A stretch of 64,000 nt of DNA. Origin: Marsupella aquatica. Its lineage: Eukaryota; Plantae; Marchantiophyta. The notes below the pieces were generated by a model that ran no database searches, was not told where the DNA came from, and worked only from the letters and a program-made list of their open reading frames with translations. Each line of letters begins with the position of its first letter. Position 1 is the stretch's first letter. Positions 1 to 12,779 of this stretch are shown here, one piece after another. The position numbers and the translations under genes are program-made. Location of the stretch: NCBI GenBank assembly GCA_973895155.1, contig OZ316891.1, positions 19,803,048-19,867,047 on the forward strand, read 5' to 3'.

Positions 1-624
1 GTTCTTCGACAGAGGTCATCTGACCGTCGTGGCCGTCAATGGATTTGGATGCTAGGCCGAATCTAATCGTTGATAGCTGTCAGTTTGTTGAAAAAATTAA
101 GTGACAGGTGATGCTGCATCTGTCTAGTACCTGCGAAGACATTTTTGATTGTCATCATAGGAAACCAACTGTCAATGTTAGATTGTCCACCTTCCCTTAA
201 AAGCTTCTTGATAATATGCTCGATGTGGAAGGTCGACCAGGACTTGCAATTTGCATATTTTATAAATGAATGAATAAACTTCACATTTGAGTGCTCTAAT
301 CAGAGCGATTGTGTAGCAATCAGAGTACTGAGGATTCGGTCATCTGTCCTCGTCTTCGGCGAATGCTTTTCGATATATGTTACATATGAGAAGCTGACGT
401 GAGTCTAGCCTCTTGTAGGTATTTTTCAATAATAGCTGTGGGCATTCTGAGGAACTTGAACGTTATCTGTTTCATGTTCACGTTACTTTCGGATGTCGAT
501 TCGAAGCTCGTCAAATGCTCTTACGAAAAGGGAGAAGGCTCTTGTCGAGAATGCGGTCGATGTAATAGTTAATCCGTCGTTTGAATTGACTGACATGAAG
601 TTTGTTCTTCCCATGGTCGTGCAG

Positions 625-1829
625 GTTTGAGGCGGTGCGGTAAGAGTTGCAGACTGAGGTGGATCAATTACCTGAGGCCTGACATAAAGCATGGCAGTTT
701 CACTGAAGAAGAGGAGAAACTCATCATTGAGTTGCATGGGAAGGTGGGTAGTCGGTGGTCTCTCATCGCTGCACAGCTCCAAGGGAGGACGGACAATGAC
801 ATTAAAAATTACTGGAACACACGGTTGAAGAAGAAACTTGCTGAGAAGGGCATGAACTCATCGTTGAGCCATCAGCAGCAGCAGCAGCAACAGCAGCATC
901 GCAACTATCATATGCGAAGTGCCGCAGTTCCGATGTTCACAGTTAGTCCGTCACAACCGGATGGAATCAGGCAGTCTCCAATGTTGAAAGATCAGTTGAT
1001 TCATCATCAAACGGCGCAGTTCTTGGAACAACAGCGCTACAATGCTACTCAAGTGGCAATTCAACAAAGCAGACCCGCCAATTTGTTTACACAAGGGCAG
1101 CATTTGGAGGCCCAGTGGCAGCAACAGCCTCAAATAGTACCCGTGAAGCACGAGTTGCCACCTGATGTGTCTGACCCTGAACGATTCAGGAAAATCCAGA
1201 GCGAATTGCTAGACATAATCTCTCCCGAGGTTAGTGAGGCCATGGCTTCGACCCAGAGTAGTGATATGCTGCACCAGCAGTCCCCCAACTCGCCTTGCAG
1301 CAATTGGAGTCCGGAAAGGTCCTATGGAGGACAGCTGGAGGACAGTCCTTACACCGATAACTTCAGCCGCATCTATGGAGATCCTCCTCCCTTGGTAGAT
1401 GTGCAATCTCATCCTCTTCTACCAATGACCACTGGAATGTTTGCACTGGCGCAGCAGCAGTTGCCAAGCGCTACAAGGTCGATCCAGAAGGAGGATTCCG
1501 CATCTGCCACTTCCAAACTTGGCGTCTTGTTTGGAGACTTCCAGTGTGCGTTCGCAGATCAACCATCGTATCTTTCCGATGCTGAAACTCCGTCGCTCGA
1601 TAGGATACTGGGGGTGAAAGAAGAAGTCTCCACTGACTTCTCGAGTACTGATTTGATCTCCTCGCCCACAACGAGGGGCTTTTTGTCCAATAGAACTTGG
1701 CCCACTCAACGATGTGGAGACGGACTGTCAGCGGCCTACCATGCGCAAATGCTACCTTCGCAGACACTAGATGCATTCTCTGAACAAGTTGGTTTATTTT
1801 TTCCAAACCGGAAGTACGTGTCCATCTGA
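625..1829 (+). CDS. R2R3-MYB transcription factor, terminal exon (end of R2, all of R3 and a Q-rich C-terminus); subgroup-14 (RAX/GCAM1)-like; exon 1 not identified in the window
   Basis: Acceptor gtgcAG at 623-624, then phase-1 G|GT giving [31 protein letters not shown]...[31 protein letters not shown]; open to TGA at 1827-1829. KHG-F, GSRWS-IAAQL and TRLKKKL are typical of subgroup 14. Confidence 0.93.
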
Positions 1830-2608
1830 AGGGAAGAGACCGAGATAGTAGTGAAGGTGCCAGCAAAGCAAAGCAAGCCAAGGGGCTCGCTAGTGATCAA
1901 ATACCAGTTTTGTTTGACAGGTTTGACCAATTTGTTACTACATTACTCTTTGGTAAGTCAGTTCCGGGTTTTTTTTGCCTTGAGAGTACATTGAGGGCTG
2001 TCGAATTCGAGGTGGAGCACCTCGTATCTCGCCGTCCTTGGTGCAGTATTTACCCTCGATCGACGGGCAAGCACTTGGTTGTGACAGAAGACAGTCAAGA
2101 CCACCGACTTTCTTGCCACCTGCTTGGCTTTGAGCCCCAGCTAAGTGATCTTCCGGGCCAACGACTCCGAGGACTCCTGTGTCAGTCGGTCGAACGGGAG
2201 CACACAAGCTGGGGGGGCCAAATGCGGCCTTTGCTTTGCAGATAAATTGCTGGACGTCGCCTTCAATTTAGTGAATCACTGTTGAAGTTCATGTGCGTCA
2301 AGAAACAGACTGAACGTGGCTATCTGAAAGATAGCAGTGACAAGGGTTCGCTAGCTAGAAAGGAATGATAAGTAGTAGACGCGTTTGACACATTTGTTAC
2401 TACATTCTTTGGGAAAGTGTCACCCTTTCTCACCACATTGAATCGCGACAGGCAGGAGAGGTAGCTCGAAACGAAACAGTCCGAGCGGTTCCTCGACCAA
2501 ACCACCAACCAAAACCATGTCAGACCGAAACTCGTCTGTATACAACTCATCACCCGTGTAAAAACTTGTCCAATAAATCGGAATGATGATCCGTCTATCA
2601 GCAAGCTT

Positions 2609-2726
2609 AATCTTAGGGAGGCTAGCAGGAGAGAGCTTTATTATTGTGGGAAGAGAGAATCTTAGGGAGGCCCAGCAGCAGAGAGCTTTAATTTATTGAG
2701 CAGCAGAGAGCTTTAAATTATTGAGG
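2609..2726. repeat. Short degenerate tandem repeats (AATCTTAGGGAGGC x2; CAGCAGAGAGCTTTA-like x3)
   Basis: Direct reading of the repeated units. Confidence 0.7.
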
Positions 2727-5549
2727 AGGAGGAGAAGAGTGTATAGGTGACTCGAGCTAAAGCAAGTCTCGAAGAATTACGATTAGACGGCTGAAGTTGT
2801 AGCTAGCAGGCCTCTTTTACGATCCTACCTGTACAAAGCTGAGAAGCAAATTTTGCAATCGAACGATTTGGAGGTTTGCCCTCGTTTTCCATATCAGCTC
2901 GAATCTGTGCTCATCTACCTGCTCTTTCGTTTCGTTGAACAATAGTTTTCGAGGTTTGCTCTTCCCTTTATACTGAAAATATTGGTGGTAGTGTATCAGT
3001 GCTGATTTGCATGGAGGTGACAACTCCCTTGCTCTGAGAAATGCTGTACTCACAGCTTATAATGCATTACTTGCGCTTGTTGTTTTCTATTACGTCTCAT
3101 TCAAGCTAGATGTGGGGAAACTTAGCAATGTTCCTGTTCTTGACAGTCCACCAAACATCCACTCAAGAGTTCGAATGGAAACCTTTCCAAGTATACTGCT
3201 GCAAGAGAAATTGTCTAGCATTGTACGGGATCTAGGCAGTCTATCGAAGTGTCGTCCTCATCGTTCAATCAGGTCGGGTCCCTCCTTAGTCTGGTAGGAG
3301 TCTTTCTTTCGGCTATTAGCTTTGACCACCGCAAGACCCCGAGGTCACCATCTCGCAGCGAAGTTTTCAATCCATTATTGTGTCTAATACATGTGGAGCT
3401 CTCGTTGTTGATGTCAGGTCAAGGTCTTTCGTTTTCTTCGGGGTCTTCTTTGGGTCTTCTGTTCGATGTGACTCGCGATAGTGACAGACTTTAATGATAC
3501 CTTCGTGAGCAAGTTCTTCGCATTAAGTTCTTCTTGCACCCAGTCTGATGTGATGACGACTAACGAGGATCGGTACTAACAAGAGACTAGAACCAGTACC
3601 CTACCGTAACTTCAGCTGTACAGCAGCAGTCAGTGTGGCTTCGGGAGCAAGTTCTGAAGTCTTGTTCATTCTGCTAATCTTCTGCCTCGGTTTGAATGAT
3701 TATGCGTACTTGGACGTACATTGTGTGACCCGGGGGAGAGGCTGACTGATTGCCTCTGCGAGTCGTCAGTTTCTGACCGGTACGATACTACAGTACATGG
3801 GCACCACTTTTGGGCCCTTTACGGATACCCGGCTGCAAGCAAATTTCCTAACGTCCATCACTCCATCGTCCCTTCAATGCACCATGTGCATTGCCCTCGC
3901 ACCCCACCCCCTCCTCGGCTCCTCCCCTCGATCCATGTTTCAGGAGGCCAATGAATGAGTGATTGATTGATCGCGGCGGGTGGTAAATGCTGTCACACGA
4001 CATCCTGTATGATGAGGGCGCCATTTATTGACTCACTCTCACGCTCATGGGTCATCCCCTTCCTCTGGGCCCCTCAAGCCTCAGCATTTGAGAACATGCA
4101 TTTCTCCTCATGCTGCCACTATGGCTCACGTCCTGCTCGTGCTCCTTCTACTTCTGGTGATTCTGCAGGGCCATGCTGGTCTCAAAACACAGTCAGTTTG
4201 CATAGCCCTTGGTGATGAACTCAGGTCCCTATATGCCTGCCCATGAGCACGCGTCGCGTTGCGTAGCGCAGCTGATCAATTTAGTGGCTCTGTAGCAATT
4301 CCTGTTTAGCAGAGTAACCGTGTGTCTTGAAAGCCTACACAAAATTACATGGAGTGTAACAGGATACAGGTTACGAGCAGAACGACCATTTGGATCCCGG
4401 GAGTGAGCTGGTGACTCCATATTCGGAGGTACCAGAGTGGCTATGGTTGAGTCAAGTTTTGTTTTAGAGATCTCTAGAAAACTCCAATGCGAAGACACGA
4501 GTAGAATCTGAGAGCATGGAGTGGCTAGACCCACAGAAACGCCGGGCTGGGATGCTTTTTGCAAGGAAACATTTCATTGTACGTCCATATTATTAGAAAC
4601 GGGGGAGGTACAATAATAGTGAAGTCCCCAAAGCGGACCGCCCGCCCACAAAGGAGAAGAGCAAGCCCCGCAAAAGGCAGGGGCTGCACGAGTTTCTACA
4701 GTCTTGCAGTGGGGCAATAGGTGACCACCCAAACACTCTGAATGGTCACTAGAGAAATTGCACTGGAGCGTGCGGGCCAATATGCCCTACACTCAGCCTC
4801 GCATTCTAACAGGTAAAAAAAAGCATTTTCTGTGGGCAGTGTTGGAATCTACTTTACATACAATAGCAAAGATGCTACAAATAACCTGCGAAAGTTCCCC
4901 TTCCTTTGTAAAATATGTATGGAACGCTCTTAGTTGCTTTTCCCGTCAATTTTCCTGTGTCCAGCCACAAGCTAGTTAATGAAGACTGTGACCATCAAGG
5001 AGATGAGCTTATGAGTAGCATTTTGTAGCACTCTTTAGCATATGTGTCTGGCGTGTGTGTTCAGTGCAGACCTTTGACCTTGGTACACAATATCACAATG
5101 ACGAGTAGGTCTAATTTCCTTCTGTTGAGCACTACATTTTTAGTGACTACTGTTCAGCATAAACCATATGGGCTGAGGAATTGCTCATGACTATTTTGAG
5201 CATCCCCACCAGTGCCTTCCATCAGGGCCTGGCCGGCTATTAACATTGTTTTCTCAAGCATGGATGTTTTCTTTGCTTGCACACTGTTATCTCTTATGTT
5301 TTTCCCAGGTAGATCGCGGGAGGAAATGCAGACTGGCAAATCGAGCATTTTTGGCGGGCTGGATTTGGCAGGCTGGAAAAAGTTTTCCCCAGGATTGGCA
5401 AACTGCATCCACACTTGTCGCCCTGCCACATGTGCAAATCAGGCACCAACTTTACTGTTCCTTGGTACTCTCCACAGTACATTGCCACTGTCCGGGAAAC
5501 CGTTTGAGGCGGCATGGAAAGGTCTTCCTCTAATGTTTTGAGGACCCAT

Positions 5550-8068
5550 CATGTCATTTTCTTTCCTTGCCTTTCCTTAGCTTTTCCACATATAAATCTA
5601 AGATAGTCTTAATTCATGTAGATTTTTCACTTTCCATCATTCTCCTCAATCATTCTAATTAGCATAGAAGTTTTATCTTTTAGCTCAAATCCTTAGGGTT
5701 CTTTACTTCCTTATTCTAATTTTTATACTAGTGTTCTTAGTTTGTAATCAACTTTAGTTTTTGTTTCTTATTTAACTCTAATCTACTTCTTCCTTTCAAA
5801 CTCTAACGCTAGCATTTCCTTTTTAATTTTAACTCGTCAACTTCCAAACTTAGTGTATTTTTAATTCAAACTATTTCACATGGTTTTCAACATCCAACTT
5901 TGTTTATTCTCAAAAGTTTTGGTTGACACTTTACATCAAGTAGTCTTGAAACGTTCTCTATTCCTAGGCTCGTATCTCCTCGGTTTTAGTCAAGTCTCCT
6001 GGTCAATGGTTCAGTCATGTCTTTCTAGCTCACGATTTAGTCATCTATTGTTTCCCCTTGACAACTGCTGCATAACTTCAGTCGATGGCATGCTTCCCTC
6101 TTCTCATCGCTTCTTCTCTTTTCTTCCCGAGCCTCCTTTTTCTGGATCTTCCTGCCTCCTCCTGTCTACTTCCCAATCCCATAACAGGAAAAACCTCCGG
6201 CTACCTCCACCTTCACCAGCCATACTAATCTCCAACAAGTGTTCTTTCAATCTCAAAAAGTAAATCTCCTCAAAACAACTATAATAATTCCAACCCTAAG
6301 TTACAAATTAAGAAGACACTTAGTGTATCTTATCAATCTTGATTGCTCTGTTTTTGGTCTCTTCAGGCTTAACTTCTTTACAACTTTGAAACGCCCTCTT
6401 CCTTCTTGGTTTGTCTACACTTTTAACATTCAGGTTTCCTTAGGGACCGCTTCTCATTGCAATTCACCTCTGTTCCACTCACACCGCTGTTTCATCTCAT
6501 TGCCTCTAGAAGCCAACATCATCCCTCTGCATTCAGCTCCCTTGAATTGTCTTCAACAAAATTTTCTTAACTCCCACACACATGTCGCAGTGTCGCGTAC
6601 CACTTCTTCCTCCATGAAACAAAACAATTTATTCCCACCACACACCGTCCACACCTCTCAGTACACGCTTTGTCTCTTCATGAGAGGTTCTTTCACTATA
6701 TCTTCAAATTCAGTCACCCTCAATCTCTGCCGTTCCAATTCTGCAGCATCACCGTGTCATCCTTTGGACCTCTTCACTTGCTTCTCTTTTCGCTAGCCAT
6801 TTTTCTCACTCAACTCCTGTGAGAGAAATTCTTCAAGTTCCTACCACCTTCCGCACAACCTCCTTTCTCCTTGTTAGCACATAATAAGGTCAACTCATTC
6901 CTAAGCAATGCAGCAGCGTTTACCCTTTCCTTCTATTCAACCAAAAATCTCATATTGCCTTTGCCTTCCGCTTTGCCCATCGTTCTCTCTCTTTCCTCAT
7001 CTCCACTCCCCAAATTCTCAATCATGACTTCAATCCTCATCGCTTCCGATTCCCCTTAGTTCAGAAAAGTCTCAGCATGAGATATTTGCTTCATGCGACC
7101 CCAATATGAAAATTTTCACTTGATAGGACCCCTGAGTGATCCAGAGTTATCTGGACCATTGACTGACCTTGAATCAACGCACCTAAAACTTCAAGGGTCC
7201 TATCAAGTAAAACTTTTCATTTTGGGGTCCCATCAAGCATATACCTCGTCTCTGCATCCTCCCCACTGTAGCTTGCATCTTGTTTCCCATTTCCTCCGTT
7301 TGCCTGCTGCTCTGTTTCAAAATTTCTCTTTTAAAATAAAAAAATAAAAAATGTTTCTCCATGAGACGACTTCTCTTTTTTGCGCAAGGCAACCCGCACT
7401 CCATTCATTTACACACACTCATTGTAAAACACTGCTTCATGCATCACTTCTCACAAACAGAGCTCTACTCTTTTCTCCATTTCAGCCGTAAATTAACATG
7501 TCACCTTCGACCTCTGCTGTTTTATCTCCGTCTCCACACTGCCGCTCATAAGCACTCGTTCTTCTTCACAAAGAATAATTTTCCGAGTGTTTAAGATTAA
7601 CCAAATTGTTCCCGCTCCTGGTATTGCTCTACTGTCCATGAATTCAGCTGAGTTTCATCCTGCCATCATCTCTTCCACTCTCCGATTGGTCCTCCTCACT
7701 TCCTTCTCAATGTAGTTTGCGAAGTTGCTTTCAAATTTCTCTGCCACTGTTCACATGCTGCTATGCATCCCTCTTTTCTCAGGAAAGAAATAGAATTCCT
7801 CTCTTACCAGCCACCATCATTTTTCATCCTTGCAAAAATCTCTTATCGGTTTCCTTCTGCCAAGCACTCAACTTCCTCACACCAAGTCCAAGGTCTTCAT
7901 AACGCCAACGCCCTCCGCTTCCCAGCAATTCAATCTACTTCCCCCCACAGATCTTCCAGAAAAAAACTCCCTATATCTCCCTCCTCGCACATCCATCGAT
8001 CGGCAGCCACTAGTCCCTTCCCCCCTGAACTCCAACAACATGCACATCTAACTCCAAAAACTGCCCCT
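5550..8068. mobile_element. Highly degenerate, probably TE-derived segment (pyrimidine-rich on +), family unresolved
   Basis: Strong strand asymmetry, no coherent ORF, and it adjoins the solo LTR insertion; no diagnostic domain recognised. Confidence 0.3.
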
Positions 8069-8412
8069 TGTTAGATATTGCTCTAGTCTTGTGACTCATG
8101 AGCTAACTATAGTTAGGCTAACTTGGGTTAGGACTTAGCTAATGTTAGCGGTAGTGCTGTTGTGCATATAGCCAGGGCTAATGCCAGACCCTGGTGGAAC
8201 TTAGGCTCATTGTTACGGAGCTAGTTGAGAGATAGGGAGAGCTTGTGCCGTGGATGCTTGGTATGACCGGTCGGCCTAGAGTGCAGTAAAGCTCTTGTGT
8301 GTTCCCGTGGACGTAGCCTCATGTGGAGGTGAACCACGTATCTCTCTGTGTCGACTCTTGTGCGTTGGATGGTTCATGGGCTTGTCGTTACGAATGTCGT
8401 CTATGCTCAACA
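8069..8412 (+). mobile_element. Solo LTR of a Ty1/Copia element (344 bp) with a 5-bp target-site duplication
   Basis: Termini TGTTAG...TCAACA; CCCCT on both flanks (8064-8068 and 8413-8417); internal GTGGACGTAG...GAACCACGTA motif typical of Tork/Tnt1-like Copia LTRs. Confidence 0.88.
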
Positions 8413-9503
8413 CCCCTTATGGTCAAGTTGCTCACACCTCGCCATGTGTTGTGACAGAAAATCCAAGAACTGAAAAACTGCTAAAGCTTAGCTAAATTTT
8501 CTCTTCTCCATTTTACCTTTGTCTTATCATCCAAGGACTCTATCTCAAACTAAACTAGAAATCAATCAACTCTACGCCGAAACTCCAAGGAAAAAAAACA
8601 AGTAGCCCATTATCTTCTCTCATCCTCTTTTACCCGATGACCCCGCAACCATTGTGTGCTTTGTGAGAGGAGCATGCCTAAATGGCAGCCACCGGTGCCA
8701 ACAATTTTTTGTTTGGGGATGGCTCAATGATCTCGGCCTGCGTTTGTGTCTCTTGAAAGTTTGTTTACCAGCCTGCAGCTGGTAAACCGGTGGGGATAGT
8801 AAACAGGTGGGGATGCTCTTACAGTGTATCTGGGGCATGGGAGTACATGCCAATGAAGGACGTGTAGAATCCGAGTGCCCATTGAGATTTGAGCTATGAG
8901 CTTTTGCATTATTGTTGATTGTATTATCATGTAACCGTAGGGGCCATAATTTCACAGAGATATGCAGAGTCCTCTCTGTCGCGAACATTTGTTGGTTTCT
9001 GTTGACTGTAGTGGAGAGGAGGAAAAGTGGAAGCCATTGCATCCTCTTGTTTTCTTGCCAGCCCTCCTTTTCTTCTAACTTGATACATTCTAGACCAGCT
9101 CTCTTGAGTAACCCATTAGAGTATCTCCTAGGTACATTCTATACATTAAATAACCTGTAGGCTTCCACTCTAACTTTAGTATGTTGGGTCTTCCACTCTA
9201 ACTTTAGTATCTTAGGAGTATGGGCTGAGTGATGTCAAAGTGCAATCCCTATGGGTAAGGCAAGTCTCAAGTGCTGGGCACCATTTCTACCGTAGAGCTT
9301 CCTTGTGCTTGACCACACACTGGGACACAGTTTACATGGCCTCCTTCCTGGTCAGAAGACTGATGCTCATCCACATCCACTCCAATCCAGTCACGTACCG
9401 TAGGAGATGCTCTTAGCAGTCCTAGCAGCAAGTGTAACCCAGTTGTAGCAGGCAGTGAGTGAGGTTCTTAAGTGACCAGCGTTTGCACAAACTGCCATCA
9501 CAT

Positions 9504-9606
9504 AGTGGGGTTCACCAAAGACCATTGCACACAAAATAAGTGGGGTTCACCAAAGACAATTGCACACAAAATAAGTGGGGTTCACCAAAGTCCTTTACAC
9601 AAAATA
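9504..9606. repeat. 35-bp minisatellite, ~3 copies (AGTGGGGTTCACCAAAGACCATTGCACACAAAATA)
   Basis: Units start at 9504, 9539 and 9574. Confidence 0.9.
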
Positions 9607-9705
9607 ATGAACACTTAAAAAAAATTGGACATCAGTCTCTTATCACCTAAATGGAAGAGGCAAGGGGCACAATCTTCGAGTGGGACCCAATGGGTTGTAA
9701 TAAGT

Positions 9706-9790
9706 GAGTTATCCACAAACCGTCCACGTGAATCATGAAACACGTAATAAATGAGTTTTCCACAAACCGTCCACATGAATCATGAAACAC
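9706..9790. repeat. 47-bp period tandem duplication (GAGTT(A/T)TCCACAAACCGTCCAC(G/A)TGAATCATGAAACAC)
   Basis: Two near-identical copies read directly. Confidence 0.85.
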
Positions 9791-11513
9791 CTTTCTCGAG
9801 CACCTTTTGGTGTTTGTGTGATCATGTCTTATCATTATTTTCTTGAAATGGAAAATGTCCATGAGCAAGCTCTAGACCATGGAGAGGAAGTAGCTCTAAA
9901 CCAACCCAGTGATAACGGTGTTCCCCTTTATTGGGTTATTGGCCTTTGAGATCGTGTCTCCTGGTTAGGCACTTTTGTTCCTTTGCAATTCTTGTTCTAG
10001 AGTAGTTTCAATGAGGAAGAGAGTGCATGGCTCAACTCACTCGATCTGTAGGTGGTCTATACACCTGGATGACAATCAGGTAGACACACCACTTAATTTG
10101 GGCTCTTGAGGATTAAACAGGTAGATAGACATTGGTGTCTGTCTACCTGTTGATGTGCAGGGAAAAAGTAACGGCTGTTGGTGGCGGCTGTATGGAGAAA
10201 CCAAGGGCAATTATCAGAACCCATCACACCATCACTTAGAGCTTGCTCTGCAATTTCCTTCTAATCACTGGTCTTGAGGCCAACTTAAAACGGTCCAAAC
10301 ACAAGTGCTTCACGTATCTCTACCACAAAGAATCTAAAGTGCACATTGCATCAATGAATCTTTCTGCTTCTCCTAGACAGTGTGATCGAATCAAAAATTA
10401 TTTTAGAAAAATTAATAGCCTCAATACAAAGTCTCCTACGTGGGTAGTTAGAACAATGGTGTTGAATGTATACAAATAAGACCTAGGACCCTAAACCCAA
10501 ATCCCAAGTGAGAGTTTTTGCTGTGAAGACTTGTTATGACCGACATGCCTAGAATATAAAAGAGTTCGTGTATATTCTCGTGGACCTACAGTAGTTTCCT
10601 TGAACGTAGCCTCTTCTCAATACTCACCCATATTTAGACTAGTTTCCCATTAATTGATAGCAAACATGTCACCATGAAAAGAAACCAAGAATTTAGGAAG
10701 TGCTCGCCAATATTTGTCCATGGAAAATCTTTATTCCCTCAAAATCTTGCAGTCGATGATGTTTTGATTGTTTTCTCTCAGTACGTGTTTCTTTACTACA
10801 TTCTCATATCCGTGTGATGAGATTTAAAGCACCTTTACTACCTTGTCAGTCAATGAGCATTTCAAGACAAAAAGAGATTTAGTCATTTAGAAGTACAGTA
10901 GGATCAAATTACTTTAAAAAAGGGCCAAACAACGTACACGGGAGGAAAAGCAAAAGAGTTCCAGAGAGTACAAACTCAAAAGGGCAAATGCAACCGCAAA
11001 AAAGAGATTTAGAGCTGTTCACTTGCTGACAGGAAGTATTCTGAATGCAAAGCAAAATGCGCAGCTTCGTGCCGATGAACGTTTGCTATTTCTGGAGAAA
11101 ATCTAATCCTGTCCTTGCAATCTCTGCTCAGAAGGACACCCCACAGCATAGCACAGTAGCTGGTGTTTTTCGCAGCAAGCAAGTGTTTCGCAGAATGATG
11201 ATACGGCTTGCTCTGCTCTCAAGGCAAGAGTTCCAGCCGCATGCATGAGGGAGCGAGTCGAGTGGATGTCTTCTGATGATTTTGTCCGTCGCGAGACTCT
11301 TTCAGCGGCCATGAACTAGTTTTTTAATGATGATGCTTTTCTAGAAACCTGGCTCACAATCAATCAGTCAGTTAGTTCTCTCTCGTAGAGATCCTCTTTT
11401 TTGATCCTCCATTCCATGATTCCTGGACTATTGCGATCGCTGCCAACAATCTTTTCTTCGAAGGATCGGCGCGGCGCTGTACCACTACTACTGCTGCTGC
11501 AGTCGAACAGCCC

Positions 11514-11543
11514 AGCACCGCACAGCACAGCACAGCACAGCAC
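11514..11543. repeat. (ACAGC)n microsatellite
   Basis: gcaccgcacagcacagcacagcacagcac. Confidence 0.85.
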
Positions 11544-12741
11544 ATCTTGCATGACGCAGCTCATCACCTCCTCCGCTAGCACCCCCCATTCCCCAAGACT
11601 CCAATAGCCGCGACTCTGCAGCCGACAGTAGGCCCCATCCATCCATTCGGCGTCGTCTACTGCTCCAAATGCGAAAAAACTGGGTGAATTTCAGCTCATC
11701 AGCAGTTGTGGGTCCGTCACTACAGTGGGGCCGACCTCATGCTCTCCCTTCGTTCCTCCTTCGTCCGTTGCACACATTCCGAGACACAGAAGGACCTAAG
11801 CGGAGAGGAATCAGAGGAGAGGCGAGAGAATTCGAGGAAAAAAGCAGGAGCTCATGAGTATCGAATCCCACATTCAACCAAGTCTTTCTTTCATTCCCAG
11901 TCTGTTTGCCTCGGGTACGGCGAACTGGATCATCATCATGAGCAGCAATCCTTCCCCGCCCCCTATTAGAACGACTTTTCTTCCGCCTTTGTCCATTTCT
12001 CCATGTGCTCCACCCGTAGCCGTACAGGAGGTGACGCTTTTGCCGGTTAACGTTTCTATTCTATAGCAATGCAGTCGAGGATTGCAGCTAGAAACTGATT
12101 GTTGCCCAGAGTAATCATTGCGTACAGAAAAGGGTGGCTTTGCGGATTGTGCGGAAGCCAAACTGAGCTGAAAAAGTATGATTGCTTTTTCCTTCTGCCA
12201 TGAATTTGTTTTACGAATCTGTTCACAATTCACGAAAACAGGGTATGATTATACACGATTGTTCCTTCAGAAAGGTTGGAGAACAGAATGATTCATGAAG
12301 GGAGTGATAAAGTTCATCGAGGCCGTGAAGTGGACTCAACGGATGGATGGTTTATAGCGATGCAAACTTCTTATTAATCAAATATATAATGCTCATGATG
12401 GTTTCTGTTCTTTTCAGCTCGATAGGAATTAAATGATGAAATCAACTCGCAAGAGTTAACTATTGCAATCTGGGCTATACAAATATTTACATTACTAAAT
12501 CCCAGCACTCAATTCAAAAGCTTCAGTGTGATTGGCAATGTCTCGAAGTCTAGGGTAAAAAGAAAATTAAAATTTTCAATATCTACTGAAAAACCCAGTA
12601 TCGAACTTTTGTGTTTGGAAACGGAAGCTCTTCCTTTTTTGATCCTTTGCAATCGTTCAGATTTCCAGAATCTCTTTAAGAACTTTTGAAGTTCTGGACA
12701 CCTTTCCTTCAATTGTACCCATCTTCTCAAAGATAGTGAGA

Positions 12742-12779
12742 TCGTCGCTTAATTAAGACTTCGTCGCTTAATTAAGACT
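12742..12779. repeat. Perfect 19-bp tandem duplication TCGTCGCTTAATTAAGACT
   Basis: Two adjacent identical copies. Confidence 0.9.

Noticed and set aside
5880-8074. Several 100-185 aa + strand ORFs
   Set aside because: S/L/F/H/P-rich translations reflect pyrimidine bias of decayed repeat DNA; no domain recognised.
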